Positions 18,184 to 28,809 of a stretch of 64,000 nt of DNA are shown here, one piece after another. Position 1 is the stretch's first letter; each line of letters begins with the position of its first letter. The DNA lies in assembly GCA_041592335.1 (NCBI GenBank), contig JBFHQE010000012.1, positions 10,383 to 74,382 of the forward strand, in the 5' to 3' direction. The stretch is from Thiohalobacteraceae bacterium. Its GTDB lineage: Bacteria; Pseudomonadota; Gammaproteobacteria; Thiohalobacterales; Thiohalobacteraceae. The position numbers and the translations under genes were made by a program. A model generated the notes under the pieces. That model was not told the origin of the DNA and did no database searches. It saw only the letters and a list, made by a program, of their open reading frames with translations.

Positions 18184-19206
18184 ATGAGCAAGAAATTTGA
18201 TGTAGCAGTCGTGGGTGCAACCGGTGCGGTCGGCGAGACCATGCTGGAGATTCTGGCGCAGCGTAATTTCCCGGTCGGCGAAGTTTATGCCCTGGCCAGC
18301 AGTCGTTCCGCAGGCAAGAAGGTCGCCTTCGGCAACAAGCAGCTGACGGTTCAGGACCTGGCCGAGTTCGATTTTTCCAAGGTGCAGATTGGCCTGTTTT
18401 CACCGGGTGCCTCGGTGTCCGCGGTTTATGCCCCCAAGGCGGCCGAGGCTGGCTGTGTGGTGGTGGATAACACCTCCCAGTTCCGCTACGACGACGACAT
18501 CCCGCTGGTGGTGCCGGAAGTGAACCCGCAGGCCATCGCGGATTACAAGAACCGGGGCATTATCGCCAATCCGAACTGTTCCACCATCCAGATGCTGGTG
18601 GCGCTGAAACCGATCCATGATGCCGTCGGCATCGAGCGCATCAATGTCTGCACTTACCAGGCGGTGTCCGGTACTGGCAAGGAAGCGATTGAAGAGCTGG
18701 CCAACCAGACTGCCAAGCTATTGAATGGAAAGGATATTGAGTGTGAAGTCTACCCCAAGCAGATTGCATTCAACTGTCTGCCGCAGATCGACGTGTTCCA
18801 GGACAACGGCTACACCAAGGAAGAAATGAAAATGGTCTGGGAAACGCGCAAGATCATGGGCGATGAGAGTATCCAGGTGAATCCGACCGCGGTGCGCGTG
18901 CCGGTGTTCTATGGTCATTCCGAGGCCGTGCATATTGAAACCCGCGACAAAATTACGGCGGATCAGGCTCGCGACCTTCTGAGCAGGGCCGAAGGCGTGG
19001 TGGTGCTGGACGAGCGTAAGGATGGCGGCTATCCGACCGCTGTCACCGAAGGTGCGAATAACGACCCGGTTTACGTGGGCCGCATCCGCGAGGATATCTC
19101 TCACCCGCGCGGTTTAGATCTGTGGGTGGTAGCCGACAATGTGCGCAAGGGAGCGGCTCTGAACAGTATTCAGATCGCGGAACTATTGGTTCGCGATTAT
19201 TTGTGA
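18184..19206 (+). CDS. asd: Aspartate-semialdehyde dehydrogenase
   Basis: ORF 18034 trimmed to the ATG at 18184 ([20 protein letters not shown]). Active-site NCSTIQ. Confidence 0.92.
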   Translation: MSKKFDVAVVGATGAVGETMLEILAQRNFPVGEVYALASSRSAGKKVAFGNKQLTVQDLAEFDFSKVQIGLFSPGASVSAVYAPKAAEAGCVVVDNTSQFRYDDDIPLVVPEVNPQAIADYKNRGIIANPNCSTIQMLVALKPIHDAVGIERINVCTYQAVSGTGKEAIEELANQTAKLLNGKDIECEVYPKQIAFNCLPQIDVFQDNGYTKEEMKMVWETRKIMGDESIQVNPTAVRVPVFYGHSEAVHIETRDKITADQARDLLSRAEGVVVLDERKDGGYPTAVTEGANNDPVYVGRIREDISHPRGLDLWVVADNVRKGAALNSIQIAELLVRDYL

Positions 19207-19327
19207 GCTATAGTTCAAAAAATTAAAGTTTTTCTTAGAAAGAACGCTTACTTGCGTGATATCGTTCAGTTTCACCGACAAGTAGGGGCGGCATGGTAGC
19301 CGCCCTCACTATAAAAGAGGACACACT

Positions 19328-21649
19328 ATGTTGAGGAAGACGGCCCTCGTCACGGCCATGCTAGGAGCATTTGCCAGCCAGGCCTATGCGCTTGGTCTTG
19401 GAAACATAGATCTAAAATCGGCATTAAATCAGCCACTCAACGCCCATATCGAAGTAGTCGGTGCCACGCCCCGCGAGCTGAGCGAACTCAATGTGGTGCT
19501 GGCCCCCGTCGAGGCCTACAACCGCGTCGGCCTGGAAAGGGTGCATTTCCACACCAAGCTTAAATTTGAAATTGTCAGTGGCAAGGATGGCAAGGGGTAT
19601 ATCAAGGTCAGCAGCCGCGAACCGGTGCGCGAGCCCTTCCTGGACTTTTTAATTCAGGCGAACTGGAGCAACGGCCAGGTCGTCAGGGAATATACGGTAC
19701 TCGTCGACCCCCCGGTCCTAATGCCTGCGCCGAAGCCGGCAGCGCAGGCACCGATTGCACAACCGGCAGCCTCAACATCCAGCGCTAAGCCAGCGCGTAC
19801 GCCTGTTGCCGCACCCGCTCCAACCCGCAGTTACAGCGCGGGTGTCGGCGAATACACTTCGCAGCGTGGCGACTCTTTGTGGAAAGTGGCCGAGAAGGTG
19901 CGTCCTGATCAGGACGTGACCATGGAACAGACCATGCTGGGTTTGCTGGAAGCGAATCCGGAAGCCTTTATCGCGAACAACATCAACAACCTCAAGGCCG
20001 GTTACGTGATGCGCGTGCCGTCACGCGATGAAATGACCACAATTTCGGCCGACGAAGCCCGGGCGGAAGTGAATCGCCAGCATCGCGCATGGCGCGAGGG
20101 CCGTGCCACGGCAACCAGTGCTGCTCCACAGCCTGTAACCACGGCTCCCAAGACGACTACCGCTACCGCGACAACCGCCGCAGGTAAGGCCGCGTCAACC
20201 GCACAGCCAAAATTACAGCTGGTGGCGCCAGAAGAAGATCCTGGCGTACTGGCATCGCAACCCGGTGGCAGCGAAACCGGCCTGGCGGGCGTCCGCAAGG
20301 ATCTGAATATTGCTGTTGAAGCGGTGGAAGCACAGCGTCAGCAGAACCAGGAACTGACCGAGCGTCTTTCCCTGCTGGAAGAACAGATTCAGAAACTGCA
20401 TCGCCTGATTGAATTGAAAGATCAGGAGCTGGCCTCACTTCAGGGGCAGCAGATCGAAACTGATGAATCAGTATTGCCGCAAGCTGAATCCACCGAAGAC
20501 GCGGCCGCAATGACGGATGAGGTGGCGCAGGTTGAAGCTGAAGCCCCTGCGGCCATGGAAGAAGAAATCATCCTCGATGAAGAAGTCATCATGGATGAAG
20601 AGGTGGTAATGGATGAAACCGTTACGCCTGACAAGAAGGAAAGCGATTTCCTGACAAACCTGCTGAATAATCCCATTGTGCTGGGTGGTGCGGCCGGTGT
20701 TGCCTTGTTGGTTGCCGTACTCTTGTGGCTGTTCGGCCGCAAGCGTCGCATGGCCAGCTCAGAGTTTCAGGAAAGCATTCTTGCTGAACGAACAACTTCG
20801 GCACCAGTGGCGCCGGAGCCGGACGCGGCGGCCATTGCCGAGGCATCCGAGGCAGCGGTACAGGCAGAGCCTGAATCTGCGCCGACCGATAAGGCGAGTT
20901 CGGGCCCTGAATCCGATTCCTCGCTGTTTACGGATTTTGCCGTTAGCGACATGGGTGCCATGCAGGATGACTCCGAGGCCGACCCGGTCGCGGAAGCCGA
21001 TGTCTATCTGGCCTACGGCCGTTTCCAGCAGGCCGAGGAACTGGTCAAGGCCGCGATTGATAAGTCCCCGGATCGGCCTGACTTGAAGGTCAAGTTGCTT
21101 GAGATCTATCACGCGGCACGCAACCTGGCTTCGTTTGAAGATACTGCCCAGACGTTCGCGGCGGAAGGCGGCACCGAAGATGAAAGCTGGTCGCGCATCG
21201 AACAGATGGCGGGCGAACTGAATTCGACGCTCCCGCTGTTTGGTGGCGCTGGCGCTACTTTGGCGGATACTTCTCCGGCTGAGCCTGAGACAGTAGATGA
21301 TTCTCCCAACCTGGGTGATATGGGTGAAGCCGCACCGGATGAAGACAACAGCCTGGACTTCGATCTGGCCGGATTCGACGAAGAGTCCAAACCTGAAGAT
21401 ACGCTGGACTCCGATCTCACCGAACCTAAAATGGAAACCATCGTGGAGGAACCCAGTCTCGGTGACGACCTCGACGATGGCGAAGGCGTCCTGACACCGT
21501 TGGACGAGGTGGCGACCAAGCTGGATCTGGCGCGTGCCTACATGGAAATGGGCGATCCTGACGGTGCTCGCAGTATTCTCAACGAAGTGATGGAAGAAGG
21601 TAGCGAGGGCCAGAAGAAGGAAGCCGAGGAACTCATCAGCCAGTTGTAA
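19328..21649 (+). CDS. fimV: FimV/HubP-family polar pilus-assembly scaffold (LysM, TM, acidic region, FimV C-terminal domain)
   Basis: 773 aa. Signal peptide, LysM-like segment (YTSQRGDSLWKVAEKV...GYVMRVPS), one TM (IVLGGAAGVALLVAVLLWLF), a highly acidic C-half, and C-terminal LDLARAYMEMGDPDGARSILNEVMEEGS. Located after asd as in Pseudomonas. Confidence 0.85.
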   Translation: MLRKTALVTAMLGAFASQAYALGLGNIDLKSALNQPLNAHIEVVGATPRELSELNVVLAPVEAYNRVGLERVHFHTKLKFEIVSGKDGKGYIKVSSREPVREPFLDFLIQANWSNGQVVREYTVLVDPPVLMPAPKPAAQAPIAQPAASTSSAKPARTPVAAPAPTRSYSAGVGEYTSQRGDSLWKVAEKVRPDQDVTMEQTMLGLLEANPEAFIANNINNLKAGYVMRVPSRDEMTTISADEARAEVNRQHRAWREGRATATSAAPQPVTTAPKTTTATATTAAGKAASTAQPKLQLVAPEEDPGVLASQPGGSETGLAGVRKDLNIAVEAVEAQRQQNQELTERLSLLEEQIQKLHRLIELKDQELASLQGQQIETDESVLPQAESTEDAAAMTDEVAQVEAEAPAAMEEEIILDEEVIMDEEVVMDETVTPDKKESDFLTNLLNNPIVLGGAAGVALLVAVLLWLFGRKRRMASSEFQESILAERTTSAPVAPEPDAAAIAEASEAAVQAEPESAPTDKASSGPESDSSLFTDFAVSDMGAMQDDSEADPVAEADVYLAYGRFQQAEELVKAAIDKSPDRPDLKVKLLEIYHAARNLASFEDTAQTFAAEGGTEDESWSRIEQMAGELNSTLPLFGGAGATLADTSPAEPETVDDSPNLGDMGEAAPDEDNSLDFDLAGFDEESKPEDTLDSDLTEPKMETIVEEPSLGDDLDDGEGVLTPLDEVATKLDLARAYMEMGDPDGARSILNEVMEEGSEGQKKEAEELISQL

Positions 21650-21684
21650 ACGGATTCATCTCAGCTGACGCTGGTATGATACAG

Positions 21685-21718
21685 CCCCGAGGTCGATGGC
21701 CTCGGGGTTTTTGTTTTT
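21685..21718 (+). terminator. Rho-independent terminator after fimV
   Basis: CCCCGAGG-TCGATGG-CCTCGGGG followed by TTTTTGTTTTT. Confidence 0.8.
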
Positions 21719-21752
21719 ATCATTGTTACAATTTCAAAATTGTTATTAGTAT

Positions 21753-21782
21753 CGTCATTCCGGCGAAGGCCGGGGTGACGAA
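21753..21782 (+). repeat. REP-like palindromic element, family A, copy 2
   Basis: 30/30 identical to 10284..10313. Confidence 0.85.
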
Positions 21783-21809
21783 TTCGTTGATACCTGTTTG
21801 GATGTTTAA

Positions 21810-22589
21810 ATGCGTTTCGCAGCCGGAATCGAATACGACGGAACCGCCTACTGTGGCTGGCAGCGTCAACCGCATGCGCCGAGCGTGCAGGAATGCGTCG
21901 AGCAGGCATTCAGTAAAGTCGCTAATCACCCGGTTGAAGTCGTTTGCGCTGGACGCACCGATACTGGCGTGCATGCAACCGCGCAGGTCATTCACTTCGA
22001 TACGGACGCGCAACGCGACACCCGTAGCTGGACGCTGGGCGCCAATGCGAACCTGCCAAAAGATATAGCTGTTACCTGGGTGCAGCCCGTGGAAGATGAT
22101 TTTCATGCCCGATTCGGAGCCACCCAGCGCCAGTATCGGTATGTCATCCTGAACCGGGAGACGCGCCCTGCGCTGTTGCGCGACCGGGTATGCTGGAACC
22201 ACCGGCCGATCGACCTGGCGGCCATGCAGCAGGCCGCCGAGCATCTCAAGGGCGAACATGATTTCAGCGCATTCCGGGCGCTGGCATGCCAGGCCAAAAG
22301 CCCGGTGCGTACCGTCGGCAAACTGGATGTGAGTGCCGAGGGCGACTGCATTTATATCGATATCGAGGCCAATGCCTTCCTGCATCACATGGTGCGCAAT
22401 ATCGCGGGCACGCTGATGAAGGTCGGCAGGGGCGAAGCGTCACCTGATTGGGTGGCCGAGGTACTGGCGGCGCGGGATCGTGCCCTGGCCGGGATAACCG
22501 CGCCCGCGGGCGGGCTGTATTTTGTCCGGGTGCAATACCCTGTCCAGTACAATCTGCCGGACGTGCCGATTCTGCCTGTTTTCTACTGA
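21810..22589 (+). CDS. truA: tRNA pseudouridine(38-40) synthase TruA
   Basis: 259 aa. IEYDGTAYCGWQRQ and GRTDTGVHA catalytic motif. Confidence 0.95.
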   Translation: MRFAAGIEYDGTAYCGWQRQPHAPSVQECVEQAFSKVANHPVEVVCAGRTDTGVHATAQVIHFDTDAQRDTRSWTLGANANLPKDIAVTWVQPVEDDFHARFGATQRQYRYVILNRETRPALLRDRVCWNHRPIDLAAMQQAAEHLKGEHDFSAFRALACQAKSPVRTVGKLDVSAEGDCIYIDIEANAFLHHMVRNIAGTLMKVGRGEASPDWVAEVLAARDRALAGITAPAGGLYFVRVQYPVQYNLPDVPILPVFY

Positions 22590-22664
22590 AAATGTCCGGG
22601 CTTAGGATCAAATTTCAGTTCTAGCTCGTGTACAATAGCCCTTTGAATTTCCGGGGCTGTATTT

Positions 22665-23297
22665 GTGCGCACACGTGTCAAAATCTGTGGTATCACCCGC
22701 ACGGAAGATGCGCTTGCAGCAACCGAGGCCGGGGTCGATGCGCTCGGTTTTGTGTTTTATGCCAGGAGCCCGAGGGCCGTGGATGTGGCGACCATGACCG
22801 GCATATGTCGCGCCTTGCCACCATTCGTGTCACGGGTGGCGTTGTTCGTGAATCCCGATGTGGCTGAAGTGGAGCAGGTGGTGGCCAGTGGGCAGATCGA
22901 TCTGTTGCAGTTTCATGGCCAGGAAACACCGGCGTTCTGCGGTCAGTTCAACCTGCCTTACATGAAAGCGCTGGCGATGCATCCGGAAATGAATGTGGCC
23001 GAGACCCTGGCGCAGTATGCGGATGCAAGTGGTCTATTGCTCGATGCCTGGCATCCCGCCGTGCCGGGCGGTAGCGGCGAAACGTTCGACTGGGAGCGCA
23101 TTCCGGCGGAACGTCCACGACCGCTGGTTCTGGCGGGCGGATTAACGCCACGGAACGTCGCGCAGGCGATTAAACAGACGCATCCTTACGCGGTGGATGT
23201 GAGCAGCGGCGTCGAAATTTCAAAAGGCATTAAAGACGCGAACCTGATCAGCGCCTTTATGCAAGGAGTAGAGAGTGTCAACACCAAAGCCAATTGA
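22665..23297 (+). CDS. trpF: N-(5'-phosphoribosyl)anthranilate isomerase
   Basis: 210 aa. GTG start, VKICGITR N-terminus, C-terminal VDVSSGVE. Confidence 0.9.
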   Translation: MRTRVKICGITRTEDALAATEAGVDALGFVFYARSPRAVDVATMTGICRALPPFVSRVALFVNPDVAEVEQVVASGQIDLLQFHGQETPAFCGQFNLPYMKALAMHPEMNVAETLAQYADASGLLLDAWHPAVPGGSGETFDWERIPAERPRPLVLAGGLTPRNVAQAIKQTHPYAVDVSSGVEISKGIKDANLISAFMQGVESVNTKAN

Positions 23298-24504
23298 TGA
23301 CAGTATCCGTTTTTCCGAGATGCCGGATGCGCGTGGCCATTTCGGTCCCTATGGTGGCAAGTTTGTCGCCGAGACCCTGATGGAGCCCATCGAGGAACTG
23401 CGCAAGGCTTACGAGCAACTCAAAAATGACCCTGCGTTCCAGGCCGAATTCGATCGCGATCTGGCGCATTATGTCGGTCGTCCCTCACCGCTGTATCACG
23501 CCGAACGGTTAAGCCGTGAACTGGGTGGGGCGCAGATTTACCTGAAGCGCGAAGACCTGAATCACACCGGCGCGCACAAGATCAACAACACCGTGGGTCA
23601 GGCGCTGCTGGCACGGCATATGGGCAAGCAACGCGTCATCGGTGAAACCGGTGCAGGCCAGCACGGCGTGGCGACGGCGACGATCGCGGCGCGGCTGGGG
23701 ATGGAGTGTGTGATCTACATGGGTGCCGAGGACATCAAGCGTCAGGCGCTGAATGTCTATCGTATGCGCCTGCTCGGCGCCGAAGTGGTGAGTGTGGAAT
23801 CCGGTTCCAAGACACTCAAAGATGCACTCAATGAAGCCATGCGCGACTGGGTCACTAACGTTGATAATACTTTCTACATTATCGGTACGGTGGCCGGTCC
23901 TCATCCTTACCCTGCGATGGTGCGTGATTTCCAGGCGGTTATCGGCCGCGAGGCACGCCAGCAGGTTCAGGATCAGGCGGGTCGTCTCCCGGATGCGCTG
24001 GTAGCCTGCGTGGGTGGTGGTTCCAATGCCATTGGCCTGTTCTATCCTTTCCTCGATGATCACGATGTGGCGATCTATGGTGTGGAAGGGGGTGGCGATG
24101 GCATCGAGAGTGGCCGGCATGCCGCGCCTCTGTGCGCTGGTACGCCGGGAGTGTTGCACGGCAACCGTACCTATCTGATGGAAGACAAGGATGGTCAGAT
24201 CATCGAAACGCATTGCATCTCGGCCGGCCTGGATTATCCCGGTGTCGGGCCGGAGCACGCCTGGCTGAAAGATATCGGACGTGCCAACTATGTGTCGGCT
24301 ACCGATAGCGAAGCGCTGGATGCATTCCACAAGCTGACGCGTGTTGAAGGCATTATCCCGGCACTGGAATCAAGTCATGCGGTCGCGCATGCCATGAAGC
24401 TGGCGCCGCGGATGGACAAGGAGCAGATCATTCTGGTCAACCTGTCGGGACGCGGCGATAAAGATATTCACACCGTTGCAGCACATGAAGGGATAAAGGT
24501 ATGA
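23275..24504 (+). CDS. trpB: Tryptophan synthase beta chain
   Basis: 409 aa. HTGAHKINN (PLP Lys). GTG start at 23275 with AGGAG 6 nt upstream. Overlaps the trpF end by 23 nt. Confidence 0.95.
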   Translation: MSTPKPIDDSIRFSEMPDARGHFGPYGGKFVAETLMEPIEELRKAYEQLKNDPAFQAEFDRDLAHYVGRPSPLYHAERLSRELGGAQIYLKREDLNHTGAHKINNTVGQALLARHMGKQRVIGETGAGQHGVATATIAARLGMECVIYMGAEDIKRQALNVYRMRLLGAEVVSVESGSKTLKDALNEAMRDWVTNVDNTFYIIGTVAGPHPYPAMVRDFQAVIGREARQQVQDQAGRLPDALVACVGGGSNAIGLFYPFLDDHDVAIYGVEGGGDGIESGRHAAPLCAGTPGVLHGNRTYLMEDKDGQIIETHCISAGLDYPGVGPEHAWLKDIGRANYVSATDSEALDAFHKLTRVEGIIPALESSHAVAHAMKLAPRMDKEQIILVNLSGRGDKDIHTVAAHEGIKV

Positions 24505-25328
24505 GTCGTTTTGCAGCCTGTTTTTCGGCGCTTAAGTCCAGCGGTCGCAAGGCGTTGATTCCCTATGTCACGGCAGGCGATTCCAATCCTGCTATGACGG
24601 TGCCGCTGATGCATGCCATGGTGGATGCCGGTGCGGACATTATCGAACTGGGCGTGCCGTTCTCGGACCCGATGGCGGATGGCCCCGTTATTCAGGCTGC
24701 CTGTGAACGAGCATTGGTGCATCATGTGTCCCTGCACGACGTGCTGGGTATGGTGGCCGAGTTCCGCAAGACCAACGATACAACGCCGGTGGTCCTGATG
24801 GGTTATCTCAACCCGATAGAAGTCATGGGTTACACAGCCTTTGCGCAGTCGGCGGCTGAGGCCGGTGTGGACGGCGCGCTGACCGTGGACATGCCACCGG
24901 AAGAGGCGGATGAACTGGTGGCTGCACTAAAGGCCAGGGCCATCGATACCATTTTCCTGCTGTCGCCAACCTCCACCCCGGAACGCATCAGGCTCATTGC
25001 CTCGCAGGCAAACGGCTTTTTGTACTATGTTTCTTTTAAGGGTGTGACAGGCGCGAATCGTCTGGACGTCAATGCCGTTGCAAAAAGTGTCGATGCCATC
25101 CGCGCGGTCACGGATATTCCGGTGGGTGTCGGTTTTGGTATTCGCGATGCATCATCGGCGGCTGCCGTGGCCGCGGTTGCGGATGCCGTGGTGGTTGGTA
25201 GCGCGCTGGTGAAGGAAATAGCGGTCGCCGAAAATGTGGATACGGCAATTGCGAGAATCAGCGAGGTTTTATCCGGTATGCGCCAGGCGATGGATGCGCA
25301 ACCCCAGGCGGCAGTCGGCAATGAATAA
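24501..25328 (+). CDS. trpA: Tryptophan synthase alpha chain
   Basis: 275 aa. ATGA overlap with trp[18 protein letters not shown] motif. Confidence 0.95.
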   Translation: MSRFAACFSALKSSGRKALIPYVTAGDSNPAMTVPLMHAMVDAGADIIELGVPFSDPMADGPVIQAACERALVHHVSLHDVLGMVAEFRKTNDTTPVVLMGYLNPIEVMGYTAFAQSAAEAGVDGALTVDMPPEEADELVAALKARAIDTIFLLSPTSTPERIRLIASQANGFLYYVSFKGVTGANRLDVNAVAKSVDAIRAVTDIPVGVGFGIRDASSAAAVAAVADAVVVGSALVKEIAVAENVDTAIARISEVLSGMRQAMDAQPQAAVGNE

Positions 25329-25379
25329 TAATCAGGAGCAAAGGGCTGCGAAATCAGGCGCAGTTGAGGAAAGAGGTCT

Positions 25380-26240
25380 ATGAGCTGGTTTGAGAAATTG
25401 ATGCCTTCACGTATACGCACAGAAGGTGGCAACAAGCGCACAGTACCCGAGGGACTATGGGTGAAGTGCAATGCCTGTAGCGCCATGCTGTACCGGGCCG
25501 AGCTGGAGCGCAACCTGGATGTCTGCCCGAAATGCGATCATCACATGCGTATTGGCGCGCGTCGTCGCCTGGAAAGCTTTCTGGATCAGAACGAAAGGGA
25601 AGAGCTGTTCGCGGACATTCAGCCGGTCGATATCCTGAAATTCAAGGACAGCAAGAAATACAAGGATCGCCTGAGCCAGGCACAGAAAAGCACCAGTGAG
25701 TCTGATGCACTGATCGTAATGCGTGGCCAGCTAAAAACCATTCCCCTGGTTGCCTGTGCCTTTGAGTTCAGTTTCATGGGCGGCTCGATGGGATCGGTCG
25801 TTGGCGAACGATTCGCGCGTGCCGCGGCGCTGTGCATTGAACACAAGTTACCGCTGGTCTGTTTCTCGGCCAGTGGTGGGGCGCGCATGCAGGAATCGCT
25901 GTTTTCCCTGATGCAGATGGCCAAGACCAGCGCGGTATTGAGTCGCATGAAAGCCGCGCGCCTGCCATTCATTTCAGTGCTGACCGATCCTACTATGGGC
26001 GGTGTTTCCGCCAGTTTCGCCATGCTGGGCGATATTCATATCGCCGAACCCAACGCGTTGATCGGTTTTGCCGGGCCACGCGTCATTGAGCAAACCGTGC
26101 GCGAAACGCTGCCCGAAGGTTTCCAGCGCAGCGAGTTCCTGTTATCGCATGGTGCGATTGATATGATTGTCGACCGGCGTGAAATGCGGGATCGTGTCGC
26201 GCGGTTGCTGGCGGTGTTATTGCACAAGGCCGCGGTTTAA
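25380..26240 (+). CDS. accD: Acetyl-CoA carboxylase carboxyltransferase beta subunit
   Basis: 286 aa. N-terminal zinc ribbon CNACSAMLY...CPKCDHH. Confidence 0.95.
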   Translation: MSWFEKLMPSRIRTEGGNKRTVPEGLWVKCNACSAMLYRAELERNLDVCPKCDHHMRIGARRRLESFLDQNEREELFADIQPVDILKFKDSKKYKDRLSQAQKSTSESDALIVMRGQLKTIPLVACAFEFSFMGGSMGSVVGERFARAAALCIEHKLPLVCFSASGGARMQESLFSLMQMAKTSAVLSRMKAARLPFISVLTDPTMGGVSASFAMLGDIHIAEPNALIGFAGPRVIEQTVRETLPEGFQRSEFLLSHGAIDMIVDRREMRDRVARLLAVLLHKAAV

Positions 26241-26250
26241 CGCTGAATCC

Positions 26251-26273
26251 GTAGGAGCGGTCCTGGCCGCGAA
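26251..26273 (+). repeat. REP-like element, family B, single unit
   Basis: GTAGGAGCGGTCCTGGCCGCGAA. 21/23 identical to the inverted unit at 17030..17052. Confidence 0.7.
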
Positions 26274-26291
26274 CCGGTTACTTTATCGACA

Positions 26292-27545
26292 ATGCATTTC
26301 AATACCCTTGAACAATGGCTGTCCTGGCTAGAGCAACTGCATCCCACTGAAATAGATCTCGGACTCGAGCGTATCCGCCAGGTGGCCGACCGGCTGGCGA
26401 TCCAGCCGGGTAATGCCAAAGTCATCACCGTTGCAGGAACTAATGGCAAGGGTTCAACCCTGGCATTCCTGGAAGCAATTCTGCTGGCAGCCGGATATCG
26501 CGTTGCCAGATACACATCACCCCATCTGTATCGCTTCAATGAACGTATCTGTATCAACGGTAAGGCGGTTGACGATGAGGTCATTTGCGATGCCCTGGCC
26601 AGTGTCGAGGCACAGCGCCAGAACGTCAGCCTGACCTATTTTGAGTTCACGACACTGGCGGCACTGCAGATCTTTCAGCAGGCCGAGGTGGATATCTGGT
26701 TGCTGGAAGTCGGGCTGGGCGGTCGGCTGGATGCGGTTAATATCATCGACCCTGACTGTGCGGTAATTACCTCGATTGGCCTCGATCATATGGACTGGCT
26801 GGGAGATACTCGCGAGGCCATTGGCTTCGAGAAGGCCGGGATTCTGCGTGCGGGTATTCCCGCAGTGTTCGGGGGCGAAGATATGCCGGACTCGATCCAG
26901 GCGCAGGCCGACCGGCTTGGCGCTATGTTGCTTTGTTCAGGTCGTGATTTTCAGGCCGAAGCGGAGGTGAACGGCTGGTCGCTGAGTTTTACCAATGGTG
27001 TGTGGCAGCATTTACCATCCCCTGGCCTGGAAGGCGCGTATCAACTGCGAAACGCCGCCAGTGCCATCCTTGCCCTACGGCAGCTGCCGTCTTTATCCAT
27101 TGACCGGGCTGCGGTTGAACAGGGCCTTAAAAACGCGCAACTGAACGGGCGCTTTCAACGCGTGCCGGGTGAGATCGAAATCATTTTTGATGTGGCGCAT
27201 AACCCGGATGGTGTGCAGGTCCTGGCGCGTCAGTTAGACTCGACGCCGGTGACCGGTAAAACCTGGGCGGTGTTCACGGCTTTGAGAGACAAAGACATTC
27301 CCGGTATGGTGCAACCACTGTTACCGAAAGTGGCTGGATGGTTTGTGACGGGAAACAGCGCCGCGCGCGGGCAATCCGCCGCGGATATTGCGGCGAAGTG
27401 CGAGGGCTGGTCTCCGGCGCTGTATAACGATGCGCCTTCTGCCTGGCAGGCGGCCCGGAAAGCGGCGTGTGCGGGTGACCGTATTATTGTGTATGGCAGT
27501 TTTTATCTGGTAGGTGAGCTACTGCGAGAGGTAGAGCATGGATAA
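26292..27545 (+). CDS. folC: Bifunctional folylpolyglutamate synthase / dihydrofolate synthase
   Basis: 417 aa. VAGTNGKGST P-loop. Synteny accD-folC. Confidence 0.93.
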   Translation: MHFNTLEQWLSWLEQLHPTEIDLGLERIRQVADRLAIQPGNAKVITVAGTNGKGSTLAFLEAILLAAGYRVARYTSPHLYRFNERICINGKAVDDEVICDALASVEAQRQNVSLTYFEFTTLAALQIFQQAEVDIWLLEVGLGGRLDAVNIIDPDCAVITSIGLDHMDWLGDTREAIGFEKAGILRAGIPAVFGGEDMPDSIQAQADRLGAMLLCSGRDFQAEAEVNGWSLSFTNGVWQHLPSPGLEGAYQLRNAASAILALRQLPSLSIDRAAVEQGLKNAQLNGRFQRVPGEIEIIFDVAHNPDGVQVLARQLDSTPVTGKTWAVFTALRDKDIPGMVQPLLPKVAGWFVTGNSAARGQSAADIAAKCEGWSPALYNDAPSAWQAARKAACAGDRIIVYGSFYLVGELLREVEHG

Positions 27546-28140
27546 TGCGATTAAGCAACGCCTCGTTGGCGCGTTGGTGATTGTGGCGCTGGGGGTGATT
27601 TTTGTGCCCATGATTCTTGAGGGGCCGCACGATCTTGGAGAGCCGGGCAGCGATATTCCACCTCCGCCCGCGTTTTCCGGTTCCACGGTGACAGAGCCCG
27701 TGGTGTTACCGCCGCCAGCTCCGAGCATGCCGGAACAGGCCGTGGTGCCGGAATTAGGTCCGGCAGAACCGGAGGCACCCACGGCACCAGCAGTTGCGGA
27801 GGCCGCCCAGGCTGAGCCAGAGTCCTCGCCTGCGCGTCCCGAGGTTAAGTCCGCACCAGAACCGGAGCCGGTGGCTGAAAAGCCGAAGCCGGTCGATCCT
27901 GCCTTACAGGGTTTTGTGGTGCAGGTGGCGAGCCTGAGCAATGAGAGCAATGCCTTTGCCCTGCGCGATCGCTTGCGTGGCCAGGGCTTCAGTTGTTTTG
28001 TCGAGCGGGTGCAGACGGACAAGGGTGTTTTGTTCAGGGTGCGCATCGGGCCAGAAATCAAGCGAGAAAATGCCGATAAGTTGCGCGAGAAGCTGGAAAA
28101 AACCACCGAGTTCAAGGGGCTTGTTCAGAGTTATCCGTGA
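27538..28140 (+). CDS. dedD: SPOR-domain cell-division protein (DedD-like)
   Basis: 200 aa. N-terminal TM, Pro/Glu-rich linker, C-terminal SPOR (FVVQVASLSNESNAFALRDRL...FRVRIGP). folC-dedD-cvpA order as in E. coli. Confidence 0.75.
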   Translation: MDNAIKQRLVGALVIVALGVIFVPMILEGPHDLGEPGSDIPPPPAFSGSTVTEPVVLPPPAPSMPEQAVVPELGPAEPEAPTAPAVAEAAQAEPESSPARPEVKSAPEPEPVAEKPKPVDPALQGFVVQVASLSNESNAFALRDRLRGQGFSCFVERVQTDKGVLFRVRIGPEIKRENADKLREKLEKTTEFKGLVQSYP

Positions 28141-28288
28141 TCTTGTGTGCGTCTGCCTTCCTCTGGCGGGGAACTGGGAAACCGGCCAGGGGAGAAGGTG
28201 GATTTGCAGGCTCCCTTATGGACGGTGTTTTGCTAAAATGCCGTTTTAATCAGCGAAGACAGATTCTTTTGCAGCAGGAACCTTCAGT

Positions 28289-28777
28289 GTGAATTGGGCT
28301 GATATCGTTATTCTGGCAATCATTGCCATCTCAGCCCTGATCAGTTTATGGCGCGGCTTTTTCAAAGAGGCTCTGTCGTTGGCAACCTGGGTTGCCGCGA
28401 TCTGGGTTGCACTGGCGTTTTCCCGGGAATTATCCGCGCTGCTCGTGAACTGGATTGATGTGCCATCGGCGCGCTCGGCCGTCGCGATGGCTATCCTGTT
28501 TCTGCTGGTGCTGATAATCGGTGGCATCGTCAACTACCTCATTGGGCAGCTGGTGAAAAAAACCGGCCTGCAGGGCACGGATCGCATGCTGGGCACGGTG
28601 TTCGGCGCCGTGCGCGGGGCATTGATTGTGTCCGTGCTGGTGCTGGCCGGCGGTATGACCCTGCTACCGCAGGATCCCTGGTGGCAGGCATCCGAGTTGA
28701 TGCCGCATTTTGAACAACTGGCGTTGTGGCTGGCGGATTTTCTGCCCTCTGACATCGCTGCCAAAATTCACTATTGA
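28289..28777 (+). CDS. cvpA: Colicin V production membrane protein CvpA
   Basis: 162 aa. GTG start. MNWADIVILAIIAISALISLWRGFFKE is a typical CvpA N-terminus. Confidence 0.9.
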   Translation: MNWADIVILAIIAISALISLWRGFFKEALSLATWVAAIWVALAFSRELSALLVNWIDVPSARSAVAMAILFLLVLIIGGIVNYLIGQLVKKTGLQGTDRMLGTVFGAVRGALIVSVLVLAGGMTLLPQDPWWQASELMPHFEQLALWLADFLPSDIAAKIHY

Positions 28778-28809
28778 ACAACCGGGCGTCCGGATAAGGT
28801 GAGCAAGCT

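Noticed and set aside
19286-19305. Hairpin GGGCGGC-ATGGTA-GCCGCCC upstream of fimV that also fits GG-N10-GC
   Set aside because: Only the GG and GC dinucleotides match sigma54; the TTGC is CCGC. There is no U-tract for a terminator. I treat it as a generic GC hairpin in the asd-fimV spacer.
21721-21752. AT-rich segment with an ATTGTTACAAT palindrome and a direct ATTGTTA repeat upstream of truA
   Set aside because: It is short and low-complexity and matches no regulator consensus I know. It is probably promoter-region AT-richness.
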